Below are positions 1-7,611 of a DNA stretch of 54,420 bases, piece by piece. A program made the position numbers and the translations under genes. The stretch covers positions 1-54,420 of the forward strand of contig MHLC01000026.1 of NCBI GenBank assembly GCA_001818655.1, read 5' to 3'. Under the pieces are notes generated by a model. That model saw only the letters and a program-made list of their open reading frames with translations. It did no database searches and was not told where the DNA came from. The stretch is from Candidatus Liptonbacteria bacterium RIFCSPLOWO2_01_FULL_56_20 (GTDB lineage Bacteria; Patescibacteriota; Minisyncoccia; UBA6257; 2-01-FULL-56-20). The number at the start of each line of letters is the position of its first letter. The first letter of the stretch is position 1.

Positions 1-249
1 CGCCCCGTACGAAAAAAGCGTTTCCGGGTTTGCGAGAGGAAGGGGTGAAAGAAAGGTGACGTGCCCTAGCTGGTTGGTGGATACCGACTGGACATCTATC
101 TCGTCAAGTACGATGCCCCTGTTGCCGCTCCCTTCACACTTTTTACCGGACTCTTCTGAATCCTCTGAGTCCTTAGGCGAGGTGTGTTTAGGAATCCTTG
201 AGCTCTTGCCTTCAAACGGAAGACTACAGTGCCGACAAGCAATGCGCAT
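1..249 (-). CDS. hypothetical protein, N-terminal part only (runs off the window start); CxxC-containing N-terminus
   Basis: Hand translation of the minus strand from ATG at 249-247 gives MRIACRHCSLPFEGKSSRIPKH..., open to position 1. A GAGGAGG Shine-Dalgarno (rc of 254-260) lies 4 nt upstream. No family recognised. Confidence 0.35.
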   Translation of the reverse strand, partial: MRIACRHCSLPFEGKSSRIPKHTSPKDSEDSEESGKKCEGSGNRGIVLDEIDVQSVSTNQLGHVTFLSPLPLANPETLFSYGA

Positions 250-432
250 AGCGCCTCCTCATGGTGTAAAATTCCTGTCTTAATAGTGAGCGCTGAGAAA
301 AATAATACAACAGTTTCAATGTCAAAAAAGTTGTCAACACGGCAGGCTTAAACAACGCATCTTAAATATGAGGCGTTTTTCACGTCATAAGGATAAGTCC
401 CACAACCCCACCACGATGTTTCGAGAAAATAT

Positions 433-777
433 TTACCTCGTCAACTCTACCACCCTCCGGAAAACTTGCGGTTCGTGCTGGGCGAGGTCTGCGAGGATCT
501 TTCGGTCGAGTTTGATGTTCTTCCGTTTGAGCGCGGCAATGAGTTTGCTATAAGTCATGCCGGCTTCGCGGGAGGCGGCGTTCACGCGTACGTTCCAGAG
601 CTTCCGGAATACGCGCTTTTTCTCTTTGCGTCCCCTGAATGCGCGCGGGAGCGCATGCAGGAGCGCTTCTTTCGCGGCGCGCTCTTTTGATTTCCTGTCC
701 CAGCGGAATCCTTTTACGCGGCGAAGGAGCCGTTCGCGTTTCTTATGTGCAATTGTTCCGCGTTTTACTCGTGACAT
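433..777 (-). CDS. rplT: 50S ribosomal protein L20
   Basis: 114-aa basic ORF. MSRVKRGTIAHKKRERLL..VKGFRW is the conserved L20 N-terminus. It is last in the canonical infC-rpmI-rplT order. Confidence 0.95.
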   Translation of the reverse strand: MSRVKRGTIAHKKRERLLRRVKGFRWDRKSKERAAKEALLHALPRAFRGRKEKKRVFRKLWNVRVNAASREAGMTYSKLIAALKRKNIKLDRKILADLAQHEPQVFRRVVELTR

Positions 778-807
778 ATATAGGAGCGAGGGATAAGGGC
801 GTGAGGG

Positions 808-990
808 TTAACGGGGCGAGAACGAGTAGTTTAAAATGGCTTTTCTGGGGAAGTCCAGGGTGTGTTCGCCCCGCTTATGCATGAGGTTTTTCTGCGATTT
901 TCGGGTGCGGGAATGATTGGTCGCCATGCGGCGCCGCATAATCTTGCCTGTCTTGGTAAATCTCAAGCGTTTTGAAACACTTTTGTTCAT
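808..990 (-). CDS. rpmI: 50S ribosomal protein L35
   Basis: 60-aa very basic ORF (KRLRFTKTGKIMRRRMATNHSRTRKS), located between infC and rplT. Confidence 0.9.
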   Translation of the reverse strand: MNKSVSKRLRFTKTGKIMRRRMATNHSRTRKSQKNLMHKRGEHTLDFPRKAILNYSFSPR

Positions 991-1044
991 GGTTGGTCGT
1001 TCCTGCGATTATTGCGTTCTGGGCGGGTCGCAGCATACGAGTCA

Positions 1045-1551
1045 CTATTTTCTTGAGATGTGGACGATCATTCCTCTGCCGCCGAATCTCGGCGCGCTCA
1101 AGATCTTATACTCCCCGGTGATCATTTTCAAGAACCCGTCGAGTTTTTGCCGCGCCCAATCCTTGTTGCCTTTTTCGCGTCCACGCAGACGCATCTGAAT
1201 CTCCACCTGGTGGCCTTCGTTCAGGAATTCTTCGAGCTTGCGGAGCTTCACCAGGAGATCGTTCATCGCGGCGCGGGCGCTGATCTGGATCTGCTTGAGC
1301 CCAGCGGATTTCTTCGCGAGCCGCTCCTTCTTCTCCGCCTTTTCCTGCTCATAGCGGTACTTGTCGAAGCTCATGAGCCGCGCGACCGGCGGTTTGGCGC
1401 TGGGGGCGATCTCAATTAAATCGAGACCTTCGTCCGGTCTCGCAAGCGCAAGCGCTTTTTCGCGCGTCATCACGCCGAGATTTTCGCCCTTGCCGCTTAT
1501 CACGCGCAATTCCGGCGCGATTATTTGATTGTTGATTCTCGGCCTAAGGAT
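1045..1551 (-). CDS. infC: translation initiation factor IF-3 (non-AUG start inferred)
   Basis: The ORF product has IF-3 N- and C-domain motifs (LDLIEI..AKPPVARLMSFDKYRYEQEK..., IQMRLRGRE). The conserved RINNQIIAPELRVI segment lies upstream of the first GTG/TTG. I therefore extended the CDS to the in-frame ATC at 1551-1549 (alternative ATA at 1578-1576). An in-frame stop sits at 1590-1588. Confidence 0.85.
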   Translation of the reverse strand: MLRPRINNQIIAPELRVISGKGENLGVMTREKALALARPDEGLDLIEIAPSAKPPVARLMSFDKYRYEQEKAEKKERLAKKSAGLKQIQISARAAMNDLLVKLRKLEEFLNEGHQVEIQMRLRGREKGNKDWARQKLDGFLKMITGEYKILSAPRFGGRGMIVHISRK

Positions 1552-1589
1552 GGTGTGTGGGAGGCAGAAGGGGTTTATCCGCCCGGTTC

Positions 1590-1618
1590 ATATTAATAGA
1601 TGGGAGGCCGGATGTCAA
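1590..1618 (-). promoter_or_regulatory. sigma70-like promoter for infC-rpmI-rplT
   Basis: Minus strand reads TTGACA (rc of 1613-1618), 17 nt, TAATAT (rc of 1590-1595). The predicted TSS is near 1583. Confidence 0.4.
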
Positions 1619-1827
1619 AAACCGAGGAAAAACAGGGAAGAATTATCCACAGCGCGAGGTTGTTGATATGCCGCCGCGTTGCTAAACTGAGATCAGTAAG
1701 TATTGACAACCCACATGAACCCATTGCCGACGCATGGCGTCGGATCACATACAAGGGGTCCTCTCACGGGGACCTCTTACCATTTTAGAGGGTACAGAAC
1801 TGTTGTTAAGGAACATGTTGTAAACGC

Positions 1828-1855
1828 AAACGCCCCGCTTTGTTGCGGGGCGTTT
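1828..1855. terminator. bidirectional intrinsic-terminator hairpin
   Basis: AAACGCCCCGC-tttgtt-GCGGGGCGTTT, an 11-bp stem with U/A tracts on both sides, immediately downstream of the minus-strand CDS 1884-3422. Confidence 0.6.
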
Positions 1856-1883
1856 GTCTCTTATGGGAGGTCCAGGGTTCTTA

Positions 1884-3422
1884 TCAGAGCCCGGTCGTCG
1901 TGAACGTTTGTTCGCTTGAAGTCGCGACGTTACCCGACGCGTCTCTTGATTCAGCCGCGAAGTAGTAGGTGGTCGTGGCGGTGAGTCCCGTAAGCAAGAG
2001 CGAGTGGTCCGTGACGAGCGTCACATTCTCCATGGAGAGCGTGGAGGTCGCCGTAAGTACGAGCGGCGTCACGGTCGAGTAGTAGACCTTGGTCGTCCCT
2101 GGCTCGTTCGTGGTCCAGTTTACCGTCGCATTCATCGAGCTCGGCGTTGCGGTGAGCGCAGAGATGACCGGCGGCGTCGTGTCAGGAAGCGCGAGCGTGA
2201 CCACGATCTGATCGGATGACGTTGCGGTATTTCCTGATGCGTCCTGTGACTGAATCCGGAAGTGGTACGTGGTCGCCGGCAGGAGTCCTAAGATCATCTG
2301 TCCGTGGCTTGCGACGAGCACCGTATCAAGCGTGGTGCTTGAGCCGTACGCCGTGGTCGTGCCGTAGAACATCCGCGAATTTGCCGGTTCGTTCGTGACC
2401 CAGCTCACTGCGACCGACGAAGTGCTGGGCGATGCCGCGATGCCCGAGATGACTGGTGCCGTGACATCTGCGACCGCGAGCGTGACAAAGGTCTGGTCAG
2501 ACGAGGTGGCAAGATTGCCGGCTGCGTCGCGCGACTGAACCTGGAAGTGGTACGTGGTCACCGGCGAGAGGCCGCTTAGGGTCTGCGCGTGTCCCGTGAC
2601 GAGCGTGCCGTCAAGCACCGTGCTTGAGCCGTACGCCGTGGTCGCGCCGTAGAAGACCTGCGAACTCGCCGCTTCATTGGTAGCCCATGTTATCGCTGTC
2701 GAGGATACGCTTGGCGATGCCGCGACGCCGGAGATGGCAGGCGGAATGACGTCGGTGGTAGAAGTGGGAGAAGGCGGCAGTTTCTTTATGATGCCGGGCG
2801 GCAGGATCTGACAGACGGGGACGAGCGGTTTGTCGTGCTTCCGCAGCCACCCCGGCGCGATGAGATGTCCTGGAGGGACGATCGCGCAGAGCCGGCCAGC
2901 GGTCCCCGACGCATTTATAATGATAGCCATTTTTTTGGCATCGCTATCGTCGTCATCGTCATCATCGCGCGAAGATTCGATGCCGAGCGGATGCTCCTCA
3001 AAATACTCGTTCAGCTTCTTCAGCGTTTTCGGGCCGACGAATCCTACCTGTTCGATCCCGAACTTTTTCTGGAATCGCTTCACCGCGTTTGCGGTGAGCT
3101 GGCCGAAGTAGCCCGTGACGAGCCCCTCGGGATAGATCTCCGCGTCTGCGGCAAGGAGCGCCTGGAGCGTGCTTACCTCATCGCCCCGCATGCCCTCCCG
3201 GAGCATGGTAAGGAGCTGGGAGACCGTTTGCTGTTTCTGTATCTCGAGCTGCTGGATCTGCGCCTGGAGCGTTTTGATCTGCTGCAAGAGGGCCGCTATC
3301 TGCGCCTGAAGCGCGGCCACGCTTGAACTCGAGGTTTGCGCGAGCGCCGTTCCTCCCGGCGCGAGGTTAAGGAGGAGGACCGCCGCCAAGCCTAATGCAA
3401 TGCGTTTCATGTGTGTATGCAT
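1884..3422 (-). CDS. secreted surface protein: signal peptide, Q-rich coiled coil, peptidoglycan-binding domain, poly-Asp linker, three FN3-like repeats
   Basis: Signal peptide MKRIALGLAAVLLLNLAPGGTALAQ. PG_binding_1-like segment LQALLAADAEIYPEGLVTGYFGQLTANAVKRFQKKFG. D7 tract at aa 153-159. Three ~95-aa repeats (aa 224-318, 319-413, 414-512) share the pattern ...ISG.AASPS..S..V.W.TNE...S...YG.T.AYGS......H...L.GL...T.YHF...S.DA.GN.ATSSDQ. Confidence 0.8.
   Translation of the reverse strand: MHTHMKRIALGLAAVLLLNLAPGGTALAQTSSSSVAALQAQIAALLQQIKTLQAQIQQLEIQKQQTVSQLLTMLREGMRGDEVSTLQALLAADAEIYPEGLVTGYFGQLTANAVKRFQKKFGIEQVGFVGPKTLKKLNEYFEEHPLGIESSRDDDDDDDSDAKKMAIIINASGTAGRLCAIVPPGHLIAPGWLRKHDKPLVPVCQILPPGIIKKLPPSPTSTTDVIPPAISGVAASPSVSSTAITWATNEAASSQVFYGATTAYGSSTVLDGTLVTGHAQTLSGLSPVTTYHFQVQSRDAAGNLATSSDQTFVTLAVADVTAPVISGIAASPSTSSVAVSWVTNEPANSRMFYGTTTAYGSSTTLDTVLVASHGQMILGLLPATTYHFRIQSQDASGNTATSSDQIVVTLALPDTTPPVISALTATPSSMNATVNWTTNEPGTTKVYYSTVTPLVLTATSTLSMENVTLVTDHSLLLTGLTATTTYYFAAESRDASGNVATSSEQTFTTTGL
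1887..2753 (-). repeat. three tandem ~285-nt coding repeats (FN3-like modules)
   Basis: Repeat boundaries were derived from the protein repeats within CDS 1884-3422. The repeats are divergent at DNA level. Confidence 0.7.
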
Positions 3423-3620
3423 GATTTTTTTATGTTTTTTCGACTTTTCGACCGTTCTAAATACTCTAATACAAACGAAGCAAACAAGGAAATGTTACAT
3501 ATTTGCGTATGTGCGGGATTTTCATAAAGCGATCCGCCCGGTTCATATATGGAGAGCCGGGCGGCGAAGGGCAAAACGTGTGCTGCCCATTGCATTGCAA
3601 CGGGCAGCGTTGTGCGCGGT

Positions 3621-3959
3621 TCAGGCGTGCTGATCGGGTCGCAGCGTCTCGCCCGGCCGCTTGAGGCCTAGGCTCGCGTAGGCCTGATCAAGGTAGATAT
3701 GGTTGTCCGCGAGGTCGGGCCGGCCTCGCATCTCGGGGTCTTGCCAGTGCCAGTGTCGCATCCAGATCTCGGAGAGCACCCGGAAAGCGCCTTCGAGCTT
3801 GTCAGCTGCTTCGGCAGCGGCAAGGATGGTCGCGATGGTGATCTGCCCCGTGAAGCAGAACCGTCCCACCATCTCTTTCGCTTCGTCGAGCCGGTCCGCC
3901 GGAATCTGTTCCCGGAGAAAGTTCTCGATGCGCGAGTCAAGCGTCTGCGATTCGGTCAT
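3621..3959 (-). CDS. hypothetical protein (112 aa)
   Basis: Internal ATG at 3959-3957 (MTESQTLDSRIENFL...) is preceded by GAGAGGTGG (SD-like). The longer 160-aa ORF would run into the tmRNA promoter. No family recognised. Confidence 0.55.
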   Translation of the reverse strand: MTESQTLDSRIENFLREQIPADRLDEAKEMVGRFCFTGQITIATILAAAEAADKLEGAFRVLSEIWMRHWHWQDPEMRGRPDLADNHIYLDQAYASLGLKRPGETLRPDQHA

Positions 3960-4052
3960 GAGCCACCTCTCTGTGTTTAGGAAATATGCCAAGCGTTTCT
4001 GGCCGCAGGATAACAGAGGGGAATGCGGCGGGTCAAGCAAAGTGGCACACGC

Positions 4053-4080
4053 TTGATTTTTCCGAAAATCGGCGTATAAT
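4053..4080 (+). promoter_or_regulatory. sigma70-like promoter for ssrA
   Basis: TTGATT (4053-4058), 16 nt, TATAAT (4075-4080), about 25 nt upstream of the mature tmRNA 5' end. Confidence 0.5.
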
Positions 4081-4105
4081 ATAGACGCAATTGAAAACTG
4101 CACAC

Positions 4106-4418
4106 GGGGATGATCAGCTTCGATAAAGACAGGTCACGGACTGGCGAGCCGAGCGCTGACTCGTAAAACCGGCACCACGCATAACTGCTAACCAAAAAGT
4201 TGCAGCTCCCGCATTCGCTTACGCGTAACGCGGGGATCGCCTGACCCCTTGTCTCTTGGGGTCAGACACGGTCTTATACAAGGGGACTAAGTTCCGCCGG
4301 ATGATCCTGCGGCGGGATCGAAAACCAAGGATCAATTCGCCTGACTTCGGTTAGACTACGCTCGTAGAAGGTTCGCTGATACTGTTTTTAGACGGCGGCT
4401 CACTACCGCCCATCTCCA
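4106..4418 (+). ncRNA. ssrA: tmRNA (SsrA), about 313 nt, CCA not encoded
   Basis: The 5' end GGGGATGATCAGCTTCGATAAAGACAGG resembles the tmRNA tRNA-like 5' end. The 3' end is AGAC-GGCGG-CTCACTA-CCGCC-CATCTCC-A. The acceptor GGGGATG/CATCTCC carries the G3:U70 alanine identity pair. The P2 helix is AAAGACAG/CTGTTTTT. Tag ORF at 4187-4225 is GCT AAC CAA AAA GTT GCA GCT CCC GCA TTC GCT TAC GCG, with TAA at 4226-4228, giving ANQKVAAPAFAYA. Confidence 0.8.
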
Positions 4419-4604
4419 CTCGACTCGATTCATTACATTCCGCTCGCTCGCGGCGAGCCGCTTAGAAAATCTTTCCCGCCGCAAGGCGGGATTTAGATCG
4501 TGAAGCGCTCCGATCGCGGTATCGGAACTGCATTCTCTTGGGCCTCGCGAAGGACGCGGGCGAGCGATCAAAGGGCCCGCGCGATATGGTAGAATGATCT
4601 TATA

Positions 4605-5318
4605 ATGCTCAACGCCGGGTTTGTATTCCCTGTTGCGGCGCTTGCGTTGGGGATCCTCACGAGCGCCTATTTCTTGATCGAATGGTGGCGCGCCCACCGG
4701 CGCCCCCGATTCCTTTTGCTGTGGGCAGTAGCGCTTTTCCTTATGTATTGGTTCCAGGTGCCGACCATTTTAACGGGCCCGGGGAAGGTCATTACGGTCA
4801 CGGACTTCAACTTGTTCTTTGCCCTCACGCTTCCCATAACATTCGTGGCTCTGGTGCTGGTCTATATCGGCTCTTTGGAGGTTGTGGGATCGCGTTTGAA
4901 GGGAAGGACGAGGACGTGGTTTCTCTGCTGGTTCTTATTCGCGGTGATATTTTTCGCGTACCACTTTATCATGAGAAAAGGAGTCATTGAGACGCACACT
5001 CTCCCGTTTGTCGGGAATGTCGCGTTCTATCTGCCGATCCGCATGCTCATCCTCTTTATATTCGTGAGGTGGCTCTCCGGCCCCACACCCAAGGGCGCAT
5101 ACGGAGTTCTCGGCGCCGCAGCGGTGATAGGGGAAGGGGTCATCGGGATCTTCCGCAACTTCCTCGTCTTGAAGACGATCCTCGTCTATCCGCCGCAATT
5201 CTGGTACGTCGCCCTCACGTCTTCAAAAGCATTTTTTCTTTTGCAAACCTTAAGCATTATTCTGCTCGCGCTAGGATTTTACCTGCTCTATCGTATGCAT
5301 CAGCGGTTGAGGAGTTGA
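4605..5318 (+). CDS. multi-pass integral membrane protein, unknown function
   Basis: 237-aa ORF with about 7 hydrophobic segments. No family recognised. Confidence 0.6.
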   Translation: MLNAGFVFPVAALALGILTSAYFLIEWWRAHRRPRFLLLWAVALFLMYWFQVPTILTGPGKVITVTDFNLFFALTLPITFVALVLVYIGSLEVVGSRLKGRTRTWFLCWFLFAVIFFAYHFIMRKGVIETHTLPFVGNVAFYLPIRMLILFIFVRWLSGPTPKGAYGVLGAAAVIGEGVIGIFRNFLVLKTILVYPPQFWYVALTSSKAFFLLQTLSIILLALGFYLLYRMHQRLRS

Positions 5319-5393
5319 CGCGGATCCATCCTCGTTTCCCGACTAAACCAGACTTTACTGGACAGGCGCGGGGCGCCGGGTATTATTTTTCTT

Positions 5394-6098
5394 ATGAGCA
5401 TCGGGTCGGAAATCCATCCTGTTCAGGCGGCAATCCTGCGCGTCCTCCACTACACGCCCGAGGCGCGCTTTTCAGAGCTGAACACCGGGAACATTTCAAG
5501 CGACCACTTCACGTTCCACGTGAAAAAACTTTTAGAGCTCGGCCTCATTGAGAAGTCCGGAGAGCGGTACCGGCTCACTCCGGCGGGCAAAGAATTCACG
5601 AACCGCTTCGACACCGACACGGAGAAGATCGTGCTCGAGCGGCAGGCAAAGATCGGCGCGCTCGTGATCTGCACGCGCGAAGAGAACGGGCAGGCCCAAT
5701 ATCTTGCCCAGCAGCGTCTGAAACAGCCGTTTTACGGCTTCCACGGCTTTATCACCGGCAAAGTGAAGTGGGGCGAGCAGGTATTGGAGACCGCGGCGCG
5801 GGAACTGCGCGAAGAAGCCGGCCTTGCGGCCAAACTCACGCTCGTGGGCGTTGAGCACAAAATGGACTATTCGCCGGCGGGCGACCTCCTTGAAGACAAA
5901 TACTTTTTCCTTTTCCGCGGCGAAGAGCCCGAAGGGACGCTCACGGAGAAATTCGAAGGCGGACGCAATTTTTGGACGTCAAAAGAAGAGATCCTCAAAC
6001 TCCCCGACCTGTTTGACGACGTATCCGCAATGCTCGAGGCGGTCGGGCAGGACAAATTCGTGTTCCACGAGCGGAAGTATACGGTGGCGAAATATTGA
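5394..6098 (+). CDS. winged-helix (N-terminal) plus NUDIX hydrolase (C-terminal) fusion protein
   Basis: The N-terminus (HPVQAAILRVLHY...FTFHVKKLLELGLIEKSGERYRLTPAG) looks like a wHTH. An intact Nudix box is present: GKVKWGEQVLETAARELREEAGL (GX5EX7REUXEEXGU). Confidence 0.8.
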   Translation: MSIGSEIHPVQAAILRVLHYTPEARFSELNTGNISSDHFTFHVKKLLELGLIEKSGERYRLTPAGKEFTNRFDTDTEKIVLERQAKIGALVICTREENGQAQYLAQQRLKQPFYGFHGFITGKVKWGEQVLETAARELREEAGLAAKLTLVGVEHKMDYSPAGDLLEDKYFFLFRGEEPEGTLTEKFEGGRNFWTSKEEILKLPDLFDDVSAMLEAVGQDKFVFHERKYTVAKY

Positions 6099-6105
6099 AC
6101 GCGGG

Positions 6106-6540
6106 TCAGGGAAGTTCTGGCCGGCTTCCTCGCTTGAGCATCACAAGCGAGAGAATAAAAATGGCAAGATAAAACACGAGTCCGTACACGCAGGTCGGGA
6201 AAACAAGCCCGTAATCCGGATTTCCCGAAGAAAGCCATAGAACAAGCTCGCGCCACACGAACTGCCCGGCGAACAAGATGCCGGCGGCAGAGATCCAGGC
6301 GATCCATTGCGCGGACGCCCGGCTGGCCAAGCCCCGGTAGCGCGCGGCAAGCACGAGGAAAAACATCGCGAGGAACATTACGAAGCCGTACCAGCACGCG
6401 GGGTAGCCCAAAAAGTAGGGGCAGGATTCATTGAACGCGCACGTGCCGGTCGCGAGCTTGACCGCGCTCAAATAGCCGGAGAAGAGCACGCCTGCAAGCG
6501 TGAGCCAGAACGTAATGCGGAGATACCTAGCAGGGCTCAT
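6106..6540 (-). CDS. VKOR-like small membrane protein with a loop cysteine pair
   Basis: Internal ATG at 6540-6538 gives 144 aa. LTLAGVLFSGYLSAVKLATGTCAFNESCPYFLGYPACWYG resembles VKOR TM1 plus the C-x5-C loop. No clear CXXC in later TMs. The 240-aa version overlaps dsbB and was rejected. Confidence 0.45.
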   Translation of the reverse strand: MSPARYLRITFWLTLAGVLFSGYLSAVKLATGTCAFNESCPYFLGYPACWYGFVMFLAMFFLVLAARYRGLASRASAQWIAWISAAGILFAGQFVWRELVLWLSSGNPDYGLVFPTCVYGLVFYLAIFILSLVMLKRGSRPELP

Positions 6541-6571
6541 TACGATATAAGTATAGCGCGAGGTAGAACGT

Positions 6572-7129
6572 TCAGCCCGCGGGCTTCCTCGCCGCCGCTC
6601 CCGCGAGCAGGAAAACGATGATAAGGAGGAATGCCGTAAGCGACATCGTGGGAATGGCGACATAGCCGTATTCCATGAAGAATTGCTGGGTGCATGATGC
6701 GACGCCTGCGGGGCAGACCGTGGATTCCGATCCGGCAAAAAAAATATATGAGTGGTACGCGGCGACAAGGCTGCCCGCTGCGGAAAGAACAAGGGCATAT
6801 ATTCTCGCAGCTGCTTCTTTCCGCACAAGCGCGAGCCCCAAGATGATTACTTGCGGGTAAAGGAATATTCTCTGCCACCAGCACAAGACGCACGGCGGGA
6901 AGCCCGCGACTTCAGAATAGAACAAACTGCTTATGACGCCGGCAAGCGCGACAAGGAACGAGAAAAGGAGCGCCCGTTTTCCGAAAAAGCCGAGCGCGGA
7001 TTCAAATACGCCATGGGCAAAGCCCATTTTCCGCGCGAGAAGCGCGAGCGAGAGAAAGACGAAGAGCGCCCCTCCCAAGACCGTGAGGAGCGACAAAAGA
7101 TCGGTTACGCTCTGGACAAGCGGCGTCAT
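6572..7129 (-). CDS. dsbB: disulfide bond formation protein, DsbB/BdbC family
   Basis: 185-aa 4-TM protein with the BdbC-type motif PPCVLCWWQRIFLYP and a second Cys pair (CPAGVASC). Confidence 0.8.
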   Translation of the reverse strand: MTPLVQSVTDLLSLLTVLGGALFVFLSLALLARKMGFAHGVFESALGFFGKRALLFSFLVALAGVISSLFYSEVAGFPPCVLCWWQRIFLYPQVIILGLALVRKEAAARIYALVLSAAGSLVAAYHSYIFFAGSESTVCPAGVASCTQQFFMEYGYVAIPTMSLTAFLLIIVFLLAGAAARKPAG

Positions 7130-7515
7130 TGCGGTTCTGGCAGGACGCAGCCGGACTTATCCGCGAGCGTGCGGAGAGGCACCTCGCCGGAGAGACGGCT
7201 TCCATCCGCAAACACCCACGTGGGGTACCCTTTTATTCCGTTTTGTGCGCAGACCGGAAGCTGGCCCTGGCCGTCCGGCGTGGAGCATTCTATGTACGGG
7301 AGCTCGCCCGCCGCGCTGCCGAACAGTTTTTTCTGCGCCTGGCAGTACAGACACCAGAACGTTCCATAAAAGAGCGCGCCCTTGTCTTTGAGGCACGCGG
7401 CGAACGGCCCAAGATTCGTGGGGCCGCTCTGGAAATTCGGGTAAATAAGGAGGCCGAGGCCGACCAATACCAATACGAGGACGATCGAGAACGTTGCAGT
7501 GTGCTTGTTCTTCAT
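7126..7515 (-). CDS. membrane-anchored thioredoxin-fold protein (CxxC)
   Basis: N-terminal TM. FYGTFWCLYCQAQKKLFG...YIEC....C...GIKGYPTWVF.DG matches the thioredoxin-like domain found fused to bacterial VKOR proteins. It overlaps dsbB by 4 nt. Confidence 0.75.
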   Translation of the reverse strand: MKNKHTATFSIVLVLVLVGLGLLIYPNFQSGPTNLGPFAACLKDKGALFYGTFWCLYCQAQKKLFGSAAGELPYIECSTPDGQGQLPVCAQNGIKGYPTWVFADGSRLSGEVPLRTLADKSGCVLPEPQ

Positions 7516-7611
7516 GTGAACAAAAAATCCCTATCGGCCATGCGGCCTATCATAGCAAAAATAATTCTGCGTAGCCAGCAGGAAGATTTGCACAGCGCAT
7601 AGCCGGCCCGG

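Noticed and set aside
1600-1903. Short plus-strand ORFs (62 and 66 aa) in the infC upstream spacer
   Set aside because: They have no SD and no recognisable motifs, and they overlap the terminator hairpin. The region is better explained as promoter/terminator spacer with two small hairpins (for example CCGACGC-atg-GCGTCGG).
4590-4607. TAGAAT -10 box placing the ATG at 4605 at a leaderless transcript start
   Set aside because: There is no convincing -35, and the ATG sits inside a second TATAAT-like hexamer. This is too speculative without TSS data.
6106-6828. 240-aa version of the ORF downstream of dsbB
   Set aside because: Its N-terminal 96 aa overlap the dsbB coding region in another frame and are Arg/Ser/Pro-rich. 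The hydrophobic, VKOR-like part starts at the ATG at 6540.
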